Below the pieces are notes generated by a model. The model had not been told where the DNA came from, did no database searches, and saw nothing but the letters and a program-made list of their open reading frames with translations. A stretch of 64,000 bases of DNA. Origin: an uncultured Alphaproteobacteria bacterium. GTDB taxonomy: Bacteria > Pseudomonadota > Alphaproteobacteria > RF32 > CAG-239. A program made the translations under genes and the position numbers. Shown here piece after piece: positions 55,486-64,000 of the stretch; the stretch's first letter is position 1; each line of letters begins with the position of its first letter. The DNA is taken from NCBI GenBank assembly GCA_944391345.1, contig CALXTE010000002.1, positions 27,220-91,219 of the forward strand, read 5' to 3'.

Positions 55486-56735
55486 TGCACCGCTTTCTGC
55501 TGTTTGATTGTGATAATTTTTTTGTATCTTGCGAAAGGGCCTTTAATCCGTCACTTAAAAACCGCCCGGTGGTCGTCTTGTCAAACAATGACGGTTGTGT
55601 GGTTGCACGCTCTAATGAGGCTAAGGCTGAAGGCATTGCCATGTGCGCGCCGTTTTTCAAAATCGCCGACAAATTTAAGGCACTGGGCGGCGTGGCCCTT
55701 TCTTCCAATTATGAGCTTTATGCCGATATGTCAAACCGCGTTATGGCGCTTCTGAGAAACGCTTTTGATGAAATTGAAATTTATTCGATTGATGAGGCTT
55801 TTGCCCATTCGGATAGCGAAAATTTGTTTGAAAAAGGACTAAGCGTCCGCAATACCATTTTGCGTCAGACCGGAATTTCGGTTTCGGTAGGAATAGCCCC
55901 GAGCAAAACGCTTTGTAAAATTGCCGGCGAAACCGCCAAAAAATTTCCTTCCGATAAAGTGCTGGAAATTAAAAACGCCGCAGACGCCCTCCCCTTATTG
56001 CAAAAAATTGATATCAATGATGTCTGGGGCGTCGGGCGAAGTATTACACCAAAGCTGAATTATCTCGGCATTTTTACCGCAGCCGAACTTGCCACCATGC
56101 CCCGTTCGTTAGCCCGCAGCAAATTCGGGATTAATCTTGAAAAAACAATTTTGGAATTAAACGGCTTTCCCTGTTTGGAAGGAGATTCGCACAGCTGCCA
56201 ACAAAGCCTGATTTGTTCCCGCAGCTTTGAGCACGAAATTTATCAGTTTTCAGAACTAAAAACAATTCTTTCCGAATTCACTGACAAAGCCTGCCAAAGG
56301 CTAAGGGCACAACAAGCAACTGCCTCAGGAATTGCCACCATGGTTGAGACCAATCGCTTTAAAGACGCGCGCTTTTATCAAAACTCTTGTTTGATAAGCC
56401 TAGCGGAAAATTCAACCAACACCGCCCGCTTTATTAAAGCCATGAATCAAGGATTAGAGCGCATTTTTCGCGCCGGATTAGGCTATAAGCGCGCCGGCAT
56501 CACCCTTGTCGGCATAACCCCACTCAGCGAAAGCCAAAACTCTTTGTTTTCAAATGCTCAAACCAGCGAAAAAGAACAAAAACTCATGACTGCCTTTGAT
56601 GAAATTAATAAAAAACTCGGCAGCAAAACGCTCTACTTCGGCGCTCAAGCCGCCGGCATCAATCATTACATTCGCCGCGCCCGCAAATCTTGTGCCTATA
56701 CCACCAACTGGAACGATTTGCTCAAAATCTCCTAA
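55485..56735 (+). CDS. umuC: Y-family translesion DNA polymerase, UmuC-like
   Basis: FLLFDCDNFFVSCERAFNPSLKNRPVVVLSNNDGCVVARS is the UmuC N-terminus. Coupled to umuD. Confidence 0.9.
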   Translation: MHRFLLFDCDNFFVSCERAFNPSLKNRPVVVLSNNDGCVVARSNEAKAEGIAMCAPFFKIADKFKALGGVALSSNYELYADMSNRVMALLRNAFDEIEIYSIDEAFAHSDSENLFEKGLSVRNTILRQTGISVSVGIAPSKTLCKIAGETAKKFPSDKVLEIKNAADALPLLQKIDINDVWGVGRSITPKLNYLGIFTAAELATMPRSLARSKFGINLEKTILELNGFPCLEGDSHSCQQSLICSRSFEHEIYQFSELKTILSEFTDKACQRLRAQQATASGIATMVETNRFKDARFYQNSCLISLAENSTNTARFIKAMNQGLERIFRAGLGYKRAGITLVGITPLSESQNSLFSNAQTSEKEQKLMTAFDEINKKLGSKTLYFGAQAAGINHYIRRARKSCAYTTNWNDLLKIS

Positions 56736-56795
56736 ATATCTCTTTAAAATTTTTTCAAATAGACTAGATTAATAAAAAAACATAAGGAGAATACC

Positions 56796-57554
56796 ATGGA
56801 CAATAAACTGCAAGATGAAAGCATAAAGTTCAAAAATATATTTCCGCGGAGTTTTAATATCTGCATTTTCATCAGCCTGATTATTTTATCGGCGCATCAC
56901 CGCGTATTGGTAACCAAACTTTCCGCTTTTCTTGATCCATGGAAAACATATTTAATTATTCCCCTCACCAACGGCATCTTAACCGGCATTGTCTTTGTTA
57001 TTCTGAATTACTACTTTTCAAAATATCGCTATACGGCTCACAGCTTTTCCAAAGAAAACAAAACCGCCCTGTTTGCCACCGGTGTTATTGCCGGATTTTG
57101 CAGTATCTACATTGCCTTAGACGAATGGGCAACTTATACCGTCAGTTTGCTGATTTTATACGCCACCTTCAAACAGGTAAAAAACTTTTTATCAAAACTC
57201 TCGGGATTATTACGGCCAAGCACCCGCGCCACAACCGGAGATTTGGCAGAATTTGCGGTTTTCTTCATTAATTTAGTTGTGGCTTTTACGGTGATTAATA
57301 TTTCGCTAAACACGATTCACCGCAGCCTAAATACCGATATCGCTTTCAATTTTGGCACAGACATTGAAGGCATTTTAGACGCTATCTACTTTGTGCTGAT
57401 TACCATGACCACGGTTGGTTACGGCGATATCTTTCCGCATACGCCTTTGGCCAGAATTGTGGTTGGTTTAGAATGTTTAACCAGCTATATTTTGCTTGGT
57501 ATCATGATCGGCATTATCAGCCGCGGCGTAAAATTTCCGCCCATCAAAGACTAG
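56796..57554 (+). CDS. potassium channel (ion_trans_2 pore domain) protein
   Basis: Selectivity filter TTVGYGD flanked by TM helices. Confidence 0.75.
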   Translation: MDNKLQDESIKFKNIFPRSFNICIFISLIILSAHHRVLVTKLSAFLDPWKTYLIIPLTNGILTGIVFVILNYYFSKYRYTAHSFSKENKTALFATGVIAGFCSIYIALDEWATYTVSLLILYATFKQVKNFLSKLSGLLRPSTRATTGDLAEFAVFFINLVVAFTVINISLNTIHRSLNTDIAFNFGTDIEGILDAIYFVLITMTTVGYGDIFPHTPLARIVVGLECLTSYILLGIMIGIISRGVKFPPIKD

Positions 57555-58456
57555 GCTAAGCTTCCTTCAAAAGTCATTCCGCGCAAAAGCTCATCAATCG
57601 GCATGGCTTTTTTGCCTTGCCGTTGGATTTCCAAAACTCTTAGCGCCCCTTGCCCGCAAGCGATAATCAGATTTTTTTCGCCTTCCAAAATTTTTCCGGC
57701 CGGAGCAGATTGGGCCAAGCTCTCGGCTCTAAAAACCTTAAACCGCTCACCGTTATATTCAAAATACATCGCCGGATAAGGATTAAAAGCTCTGATTTTG
57801 CGTTCCAAAGTTTCTGCCGGAAGAGAAAAATCAATTTTGCTTTCCGCCTTATCGATTTTTGCCGCATAGCATGAAAGTGAATCATCTTGCTTTTGCGGCG
57901 GAAAACTCTCGGGATTATCCAAATATTGCACAATCAATTCTGCCCCGATTTCAGCCAAAGCATCATGCAGACTTCCGCCGGTTGTGTCCTTGGTAATTGC
58001 AACTTCGCCTTTGAGCAGCATATCGCCGGTATCAAGCCCTTCATCCATTTTCATAATCGTGATTCCGGCAGAAGCATCTCCGGCCTCAACCGCACGCTGG
58101 ATAGGAGCCGCACCGCGCCACCGCGGCAAAAGAGAAGCATGAATATTAATACACCCCATCGGAAAGGCCTCTAAAATCGGCTTAGGCAAAATCAACCCAT
58201 AAGCCGCCACCACCGCCACGTCAGCATTGAGAGCTGCAAATTCCGCCTGTGCTTCGGCCGAACGCAAGGTCTTAGGCGTCCGAACTAAAAGCTGCTTTTT
58301 TTCGGCAAAAATCTGAACCGGTGACTTTGTGAGCTTTTTGCCTCTTCCGGCTTCTTTCGGAGCCTGAGTATAAACGCAAACAACCTCATGTTTTTCAGCC
58401 AAGCGGCTTAAGGCCGAAACGGCAAAATCCGGCGTTCCCATAAAAACAATTTTCAT
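57551..58456 (-). CDS. fmt: methionyl-tRNA formyltransferase
   Basis: MKIVFMGTPDFAV and HASLLPRWRGAAPIQ. The start is the ATG at 58454-58456 after an AGGAGAAG RBS. Confidence 0.9.
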   Translation of the reverse strand: MKIVFMGTPDFAVSALSRLAEKHEVVCVYTQAPKEAGRGKKLTKSPVQIFAEKKQLLVRTPKTLRSAEAQAEFAALNADVAVVAAYGLILPKPILEAFPMGCINIHASLLPRWRGAAPIQRAVEAGDASAGITIMKMDEGLDTGDMLLKGEVAITKDTTGGSLHDALAEIGAELIVQYLDNPESFPPQKQDDSLSCYAAKIDKAESKIDFSLPAETLERKIRAFNPYPAMYFEYNGERFKVFRAESLAQSAPAGKILEGEKNLIIACGQGALRVLEIQRQGKKAMPIDELLRGMTFEGSLA

Positions 58457-58589
58457 AAAACTCTTCTCCTTCATAAATTTTGCACCCAGTTTATCCTTTT
58501 TTTACAAATAGGCAAGATATAATAACAGTTGCGAGAATTTCAAAAAAAGGCTATACTTTAGCTTATAGAAGCAAAAGCGGAGACAGAAA

Positions 58590-60440
58590 ATGCAAATCGT
58601 AAAAATCGGCAATGTTTATCTGGCAGTCAAACAAGGCACCAAACTCACACCGGAGCAAATCAAAGCTTATCAAAACAAACCTGAACCGGATCTGACTTTA
58701 GCCATATGGAGTGACTTTCCCGATTTTGCCCCTGAACTGTCTCGCGAATTAAACAAACTCAGAAAACAAACTTATACCCCCAAACAAGGCGCTCTGCAAA
58801 ATGAGCTTTCTAATAATAAAAAACTCAGCGCCGAAATTACCGCCCGCAAACAAAAAGACAATAAAAAATATGTTGTGGCCGATTACACAATTCCCGATTC
58901 GGAAATTCCTGCTGATTTGCAAAATGCCGGTATTGTCATCAAAAGAGATATCGAGTTTTACGAACTCAAATATGATGAAAAGAATAAAAAAGCTTATTGG
59001 GCCGATGAAAATGGCAATAAAAAAAGATTCAACAACACACGCGCCGAATGCGACAAGGGCGAAATAACCATTTTTGACTCAGTCTTGGTGCTCGATAAAG
59101 AAATGTCAGATATTATCAAAAACATTGAAGCCAGCTTGAAGAGAATTTACAAAAGAGAAGACATCAAAAAGTTTTTTGATAATTTGCCTGAAAAAGAAAA
59201 AACAATTTATAGCGAATATCACTACCGCCGTGATAACTTTCAGTCCGGCAACCAAAAACATTTTTCTCTTGCGCATGAATTAAAGCATATCCGCAATAAA
59301 GACGCCCTCAAACACAAAGCGCCGCATTTAAGCCTTGAAAGCCGCTTAAAACTCATGGAGCATGACGAAAAATCTGCCCATATTGAAGAAGCTCTGCGCG
59401 CAATCGAAGTTTTTTATAAGAAAGACCGCAACTTAAAAGTTTTTCCTAAGAAATGCGACTGGCTTGTGCAAGAAATCAAAAAACTCAAAAAAGATGAGCA
59501 AGACAAACTCTTGCAAGATCTGGAACATATCATCAACGGCGTTTCCCAAAATTGGGATAATGAATTCGGCAAAGGCTACCGCAAAAAAGGAAAACAATTT
59601 AACCTGCAAATTCAAGATATGGCCTATGATATTCCTTTGCCAGAACTACAAAACAGCGATGAAGATTATAAATCTATGCTGTCGGAATATTATCGCTTTG
59701 AGGTCTATAATCCCCAAACCGGAAAAACCGAAAGCAAAGACTTATCCTCTTTGATACACAAAGATGTTGAGATAACGAACGAACAAAGAAACAACTACCT
59801 TAACCTTGCAGAAAAAACCGTTTCCGCCCGTCAGAAAAGATTCAAGACCGCCGGCTTGTCAGATGAAAATGTCGAGGCTATTTATAACGGCACCTTGCCC
59901 GAGGTATATGAAACCAAAGAAACCCAAGTTGTGACGGAAAACACACCGGCGCCGGTAAAAACCGAAGACCAAAGCTTCAAAGACGCTTATCGAACATATT
60001 ATCAAGACATCGCTAAAAGAGATAAATCCAAATTTATTGAAGATAAAAAGGCCGAAAACTTTTCTGCGGCGCTGATTAGAGAAAACGGTGATAGATTAGA
60101 GATTAATGCTTCGGCCGATAATCATGTTTCTCTAGGCGCCAAAGACCGCCAGAAAAACACCAAACTTCCGGACTATAAAGATTTTGATGATTTGGTAAAA
60201 CTCTTCAAATCACAGGGAAAAACCATTTCCTTTGGCAATATCCGCACACCGGAATACAAAGCAAGATTAATGCTGGCGTGTATTAAGGCCAAAGCCGATG
60301 TTGAAAATATGCCTGACTTTGAAAAAATGGAAGGAATAGAACCAGAAACCCTAAAACGTTTGAAAATAGAAAAAAACAAACAAGATAACGGCAACCGCCC
60401 CACCCCACCACGATATTTCAATCAAAACGGCGGCAGATAA
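58590..60440 (+). CDS. large Lys-rich hypothetical protein with an HExxH motif
   Basis: 616 aa, highly charged, no signal peptide. It has a single HExxH (LAHELKHIRNK). The gene is AT-rich. Confidence 0.4.
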   Translation: MQIVKIGNVYLAVKQGTKLTPEQIKAYQNKPEPDLTLAIWSDFPDFAPELSRELNKLRKQTYTPKQGALQNELSNNKKLSAEITARKQKDNKKYVVADYTIPDSEIPADLQNAGIVIKRDIEFYELKYDEKNKKAYWADENGNKKRFNNTRAECDKGEITIFDSVLVLDKEMSDIIKNIEASLKRIYKREDIKKFFDNLPEKEKTIYSEYHYRRDNFQSGNQKHFSLAHELKHIRNKDALKHKAPHLSLESRLKLMEHDEKSAHIEEALRAIEVFYKKDRNLKVFPKKCDWLVQEIKKLKKDEQDKLLQDLEHIINGVSQNWDNEFGKGYRKKGKQFNLQIQDMAYDIPLPELQNSDEDYKSMLSEYYRFEVYNPQTGKTESKDLSSLIHKDVEITNEQRNNYLNLAEKTVSARQKRFKTAGLSDENVEAIYNGTLPEVYETKETQVVTENTPAPVKTEDQSFKDAYRTYYQDIAKRDKSKFIEDKKAENFSAALIRENGDRLEINASADNHVSLGAKDRQKNTKLPDYKDFDDLVKLFKSQGKTISFGNIRTPEYKARLMLACIKAKADVENMPDFEKMEGIEPETLKRLKIEKNKQDNGNRPTPPRYFNQNGGR

Positions 60441-60508
60441 CAAGTATATTACAATTTGCAAATAAATATATGTAAATCTGTATATGTTTCCATTATACAA
60501 ACTTTTTC

Positions 60509-60537
60509 TTGCAATCTCTTTTGTTGCTGTCTATACT
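60509..60537 (+). promoter_or_regulatory. sigma70-type promoter of a structured RNA
   Basis: TTGCAA-N17-TATACT. Confidence 0.6.
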
Positions 60538-60543
60538 GAAACT

Positions 60544-60701
60544 GTCGGTTAGAGGTAACCGACGGTGCCTCAAAAACACCTTTTACACAATAAATTCCTC
60601 CGCTTGTATTGGGCGGAGTACCGCTAATATATTGAATAACGGTGACTGTGTGTAAACAGTTTTTGAGCTCCGCCTGCCTAAATTTAAGGCAGGTATTTTT
60701 T
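60544..60701 (+). ncRNA. unclassified structured RNA (sRNA or cis-regulatory leader) with an intrinsic terminator
   Basis: 5' hairpin at 60542-60565. A 9 bp long-range helix (CTCAAAAAC 60569-77 / GTTTTTGAG 60659-67) encloses three hairpins. The terminator CCTGCCT..AGGCAGG plus a T-run lies at 60672-60701. Confidence 0.5.
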
Positions 60702-60735
60702 ATAAACTATAACAAAAATAAAAGGAGCTGAAAAA

Positions 60736-60979
60736 ATGGGAATAAAAAAAAGAACAAATCATTTATTTAGAAGACAACCGTGCCGAAGTTGGGAAGAGAT
60801 TGTATGAACTTCGACAAGAACATAAATTAAGCATCGATGATATATCAAAAATAAGCGGATTATCACGCCGCCGGATTAAAAATGTCGAACAAGGTCGCTC
60901 TTTCGGACTAAGACGTGTCGCCGTCATCGCCGCTATTTATAACTATAAACTAAAATTTGAACTCGTCAAAACTTCTTAA
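60736..60979 (+). pseudogene. XRE-family HTH protein gene interrupted by a frameshift in an A8 tract
   Basis: An AAGGAG RBS and the ATG at 60736 open a frame that stops at 60805-60807. The HTH frame (EQIIYLEDNRAEVGKRLYELRQEHKLSIDDISKISGLSRRRIKNVEQGR...) runs 60752-60979 and would be joined by deleting one A from 60744-60751. Confidence 0.6.
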
Positions 60980-60985
60980 ACAAAA

Positions 60986-61009
60986 AAAGAGAGATTGTAA
61001 AAACAATCT
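60986..61009 (-). terminator. intrinsic terminator (probably the ancestral lon terminator)
   Basis: On the minus strand, GGGAGATTGT-tttt-ACAATCTCTC is followed by TTTTTTT. It directly abuts the duplicated lon 3'-end sequence. Confidence 0.6.
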
Positions 61010-61022
61010 CCCGTTATACGAG
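61010..61022. repeat. direct repeat copy 1 (CCCGTTATACGAG)
   Basis: Exact 13-mer, identical to 61274-61286, which encodes the lon C-terminus. Confidence 0.9.
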
Positions 61023-61266
61023 TTTCAAAAAAAATTCAGATAGTGAGCCAAATAGAGTAATTTCTAGGATGGCAAAAAATTTTAGTGTACATAGCAGTAC
61101 ATGAATTTTTCGAGACAGCGTAAAATGCCTCTAGATGTGCTGTTATACACAGTTTTACCTTTTTTCAAAAAGCTCGGAGAACGCGGCAAGTAATAAGATT
61201 TTAGGGCGACGACACCGCAGCGTACAAAACAGTACGTGAGGATGGCGGAGACCCGCTAAATCTGTA

Positions 61267-63612
61267 TTAGTTGCCCGTTATACGAGCTTTTTTGCGGAGC
61301 GCTATCTTCAACACTTCAGCCACTTCCTCCACCGGAATGATTTTCATACCTTCGGTAACGATTGAAGGAATTTCGGCTAAGTCCTTCTCGTTGTCTTTCG
61401 GAATGATAACGGTTTTAATTCCGGCACGCAGAGCGGAAAGCAGCTTTTCCTTGAGCCCGCCGATTGGCAGAACGCGCCCTTGCAAGGTGATTTCACCGGT
61501 CATGGCCACATCTTTGCGTACAGGGGTTTTGGTAAAGACCGAAACCAAGGTCGTATACATGGCAATTCCGGCAGAAGGCCCGTCTTTCGGCGTTGCACCT
61601 TCCGGCACGTGAACGTGAACATCTGTCTTTTCAAAAACCTCAGGATCAATACCCAAGTCTTTTGAATGAGCCCGAACAACGGAAAAAGCAGTCTCAATAG
61701 ATTCTTTCATCACATCGCCAAGCTTACCGGTCTGAATAACTTTTCCTTTACCCGGCATATCCACCGCTTCAATAAAGAGGATATCACCACCAACTTCGGT
61801 CCAAGCCAAACCGGTTGTAACCCCGATATGATCTTTTTCCTCAGCCTCACCATAACGAAAACGTATCACACCAAGATAATCCGACAGACTTTTCGGTGTT
61901 ACCTCAACTGCTTTTTTCTTGGCAGACTTTTTCTTTTCCTTAGTCAAGATAATGTCTTTAACCGCCTTACGCGCCACCTTTGAAAGCTCGCGTTCAAGAT
62001 TACGCACACCGGCCTCTCGCGTATAATAACGAATAATATCACGAATGGCGGCATCAGTAATTTTGAGTTCGCCTTTTTTCAAAGCGTTTTCTTCAAAAAT
62101 CTTTGGCACCAGATGACGCTTAGCAATTTCGATTTTTTCTTCTTCGGTATAACCCGACAGGCGAATAATCTCCATACGATCGAGCAGCGGCCGCGGCATA
62201 TCCAACGAGTTTGCGGTTGTAATAAACATCACATCCGACAAATCATAATCAACTTCCAGATAATGGTCATTGAAGGTTGAATTCTGCTCCGGATCAAGCA
62301 CTTCGAGCAAAGCCGAGCTTGGATCACCGCGCCAATCATTGCCGAGCTTGTCGATTTCATCAAGCAAGAACAGCGGATTTGAGGTGCCGGCCTTTTTCAT
62401 GCCTTTGATAATTTTTCCCGGCATAGACCCGATATAAGTACGACGGTGCCCTCTGATTTCGGCTTCATCGCGCATTCCGCCCAAAGAGGCACGCACAAAC
62501 TTACGTCCGGTTGCCTCGGCAATCGAGCGCCCCAAAGAGGTTTTACCAACGCCCGGAGGCCCGACTAAACACAGAATAGGACCTTTAACCTTATCCGCAC
62601 GAGATTGCACGGCCAAATATTCCAAAATGCGCTCTTTAACCTTGTCCAAACCATAGTGATCTTTATCCAAAATCTCTTTGGCTTTTTCCAAGTCTTTATT
62701 AACCTTAGACGGTGCCTTCCAAGGAATATCCAGCAACCAGTCAAGATAATTGCGCACAACCGTTGCCTCGCTGGACATCACACTCATGGTCTTAAGCTTT
62801 TTGGCCTCAGCAACGGCTTTTTCTTTGGCTTCTTTCGAGAGTTTTACCTTCTCGATTTTTTTCATATAATTGGCATATTCTTCTTGCTCATCATCGCCGA
62901 GCTCTTTCTGAATAGCCTTCATCTGTTCATTGAGGTAATATTCTTTTTGGCTTTTTTCCATTTGCTTTTTAACGCGTGATTTGATTTTATTTTCAACCTC
63001 AAGCACGGTCATTTCAGCATTCATAAAGCCCAAAATTTTTTCAAAACGAGTTTTAAGCGTTTGCGCCTCAAGCAGCTCTTGTTTTTCCGAAACCTTCAAA
63101 GACAAATGAGAAGCAATGGTATCGGCCAACTTGCCATAATCTTCAATCTGATTAATCGAGACCAGAACCTCGGGCGGAGTCTTACGAGAAAGCTTAACAT
63201 ATTCTTCAAACTGAGAAACAACGGCACGCGCCAAAGCCTCTTGTTCCATAGACTTAATATCGCTTTCGGGCAAAAGCTCGACTGCAGCCTCCATATAGGC
63301 GTCATTATCAACAAAGTTGCTGACCTTAACCCGACGAATTCCCTCAATCAAAACCTTAAGCGTTCCGTCCGGCAGCTTTAACATCTGCAAAACCGTGGCC
63401 AGTGTTCCCACATGATAAACATCATCGCTTTTCGGATCTTCTACCGAAGCATCTTTCTGCGTGAGCAAGATGATATTATCATCAGTATCGACCACTTCCT
63501 GCAACGCACTGATTGACTTACTTCTTCCGACAAACAAAGGAACAATCATTTTCGGATAAACGACAATATCGCGTAACGGAAGCACCGGATGAATTTCTTT
63601 TTTAGCAGCCAT
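61267..63612 (-). CDS. lon: ATP-dependent Lon protease
   Basis: LON N-domain, Walker A GPPGVGKTS, and the catalytic PKDGPSAG serine motif. Confidence 0.97.
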   Translation of the reverse strand: MAAKKEIHPVLPLRDIVVYPKMIVPLFVGRSKSISALQEVVDTDDNIILLTQKDASVEDPKSDDVYHVGTLATVLQMLKLPDGTLKVLIEGIRRVKVSNFVDNDAYMEAAVELLPESDIKSMEQEALARAVVSQFEEYVKLSRKTPPEVLVSINQIEDYGKLADTIASHLSLKVSEKQELLEAQTLKTRFEKILGFMNAEMTVLEVENKIKSRVKKQMEKSQKEYYLNEQMKAIQKELGDDEQEEYANYMKKIEKVKLSKEAKEKAVAEAKKLKTMSVMSSEATVVRNYLDWLLDIPWKAPSKVNKDLEKAKEILDKDHYGLDKVKERILEYLAVQSRADKVKGPILCLVGPPGVGKTSLGRSIAEATGRKFVRASLGGMRDEAEIRGHRRTYIGSMPGKIIKGMKKAGTSNPLFLLDEIDKLGNDWRGDPSSALLEVLDPEQNSTFNDHYLEVDYDLSDVMFITTANSLDMPRPLLDRMEIIRLSGYTEEEKIEIAKRHLVPKIFEENALKKGELKITDAAIRDIIRYYTREAGVRNLERELSKVARKAVKDIILTKEKKKSAKKKAVEVTPKSLSDYLGVIRFRYGEAEEKDHIGVTTGLAWTEVGGDILFIEAVDMPGKGKVIQTGKLGDVMKESIETAFSVVRAHSKDLGIDPEVFEKTDVHVHVPEGATPKDGPSAGIAMYTTLVSVFTKTPVRKDVAMTGEITLQGRVLPIGGLKEKLLSALRAGIKTVIIPKDNEKDLAEIPSIVTEGMKIIPVEEVAEVLKIALRKKARITGN
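61274..61286. repeat. direct repeat copy 2 (CCCGTTATACGAG), inside the lon 3' end
   Basis: Exact 13-mer. On the minus strand it encodes ...RITG of Lon. Confidence 0.9.
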
Positions 63613-63647
63613 AATACCCTCGATTCTGAGATGAAACGAACCATAAT

Positions 63648-63680
63648 GATTATATAAGCCCTCCCCTCATATGATGCAAG
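63648..63680 (-). promoter_or_regulatory. possible RpoH (sigma32)-type heat-shock promoter of lon
   Basis: The minus strand reads CTTG-N18-CTTATATAAT, close to the alphaproteobacterial sigma32 consensus CTTG-N17-CYTATNT. Confidence 0.3.
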
Positions 63681-63758
63681 AGGGCAAGACACAGAATGGC
63701 ACAGAAGAAAGATTCGGGCAAACGTCAAAACCATTTAATCCACAGTCATAAAAAAAGA

Positions 63759-64000
63759 TTAAGTTTTATTGACAAACGACTGCATTTTTAACAAAGCCTG
63801 TTGATATCTTTGATACAAGGTTGAACGATGATGCTTAAACCTAACGCACAATAACTTCCAAGAAACATTGCACGAGCGCTTCCACACCAACTTGGTTTCA
63901 AAAGCATTAAGGCACTGATACCAATCCAAAATTTTTTCCATACGCGAGATTTCTTCCGGCGTCGGCCGATAATAATAAGATTGCAGCTTTTGCGCCGAAA
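63759..64000 (-). CDS. hypothetical protein, C-terminal part (open frame continues off the right edge); possible HTH
   Basis: The frame is open from the window edge (…YYYRPTPEEISRMEKILDWYQ…KHHRSTLYQRYQQALLKM…). Function is unknown. Confidence 0.3.
   Translation of the reverse strand, partial: SAQKLQSYYYRPTPEEISRMEKILDWYQCLNAFETKLVWKRSCNVSWKLLCVRFKHHRSTLYQRYQQALLKMQSFVNKT

Noticed and set aside
60544-61266. Identification of the non-coding stretch as tmRNA, SRP RNA, RNase P or 6S RNA
   Set aside because: None of the hallmark motifs were found: no tRNA-like GGTTCGA..CCA end with a tag ORF, no SRP GGAA tetraloop helix-8 sequence, no RNase P conserved regions, and no long 6S rod. It is left unclassified.
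1-64000. CRISPR arrays or cas genes
   Set aside because: No regularly spaced direct repeats were seen. The only tandem structure is the gene-sized paralogue array at 33.3-37.5 kb.

Overview
This 64 kb chromosomal window comes from a low-GC Gram-negative bacterium, most likely an alphaproteobacterium. The evidence is HflK-HflC-DegP-HolC synteny, a DUF374-waaA-lpxK operon, a GAAC-N7-GAAC SOS box in front of umuDC, and recurrent TTGCAA-type -35 boxes. The housekeeping backbone includes rpiB, tRNA-Asn/Cys, argS, fadL-aas, mrp, hflKC-degP-holC, accBC, waaA-lpxK, macAB-like efflux, fmt and lon. Several accessory blocks interrupt it. (1) Positions 0.5-14.5 kb hold a tightly packed, single-strand, podovirus-like packaging/head/tail/lysis cluster. 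It has no integrase, repressor or replication genes, so it is either a prophage remnant or a GTA-like element. (2) Positions 16.1-19.2 kb hold an AT-rich three-gene island: a catalytically degenerate SNF2-like protein, an IbrA-like PAPS-reductase/DUF3440 protein and an IbrB-like ParB/Srx protein. This is my top candidate for an undescribed DNA-modification or anti-phage system. (3) Two inverted paralogous cassettes (19.2-21.1 kb and 49.6-51.5 kb) encode secreted, extremely Cys-rich proteins with shuffled mini-modules. (4) Positions 33.3-37.4 kb hold a tandem array of four paralogous helical-repeat genes, each duplicated together with its own promoter and terminator. (5) There is an SOS-boxed umuD'C operon whose UmuD is born pre-truncated and lacks the Ser/Lys dyad. 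(6) Positions 60.5-61.3 kb are non-coding-rich. They contain a promoter-to-terminator structured RNA, a poly-A frameshifted XRE gene, and a 251 bp insertion at the lon 3' end flanked by a 13 bp direct repeat. All functional calls come from motif recognition by eye, synteny and ORF geometry. No database search was run.
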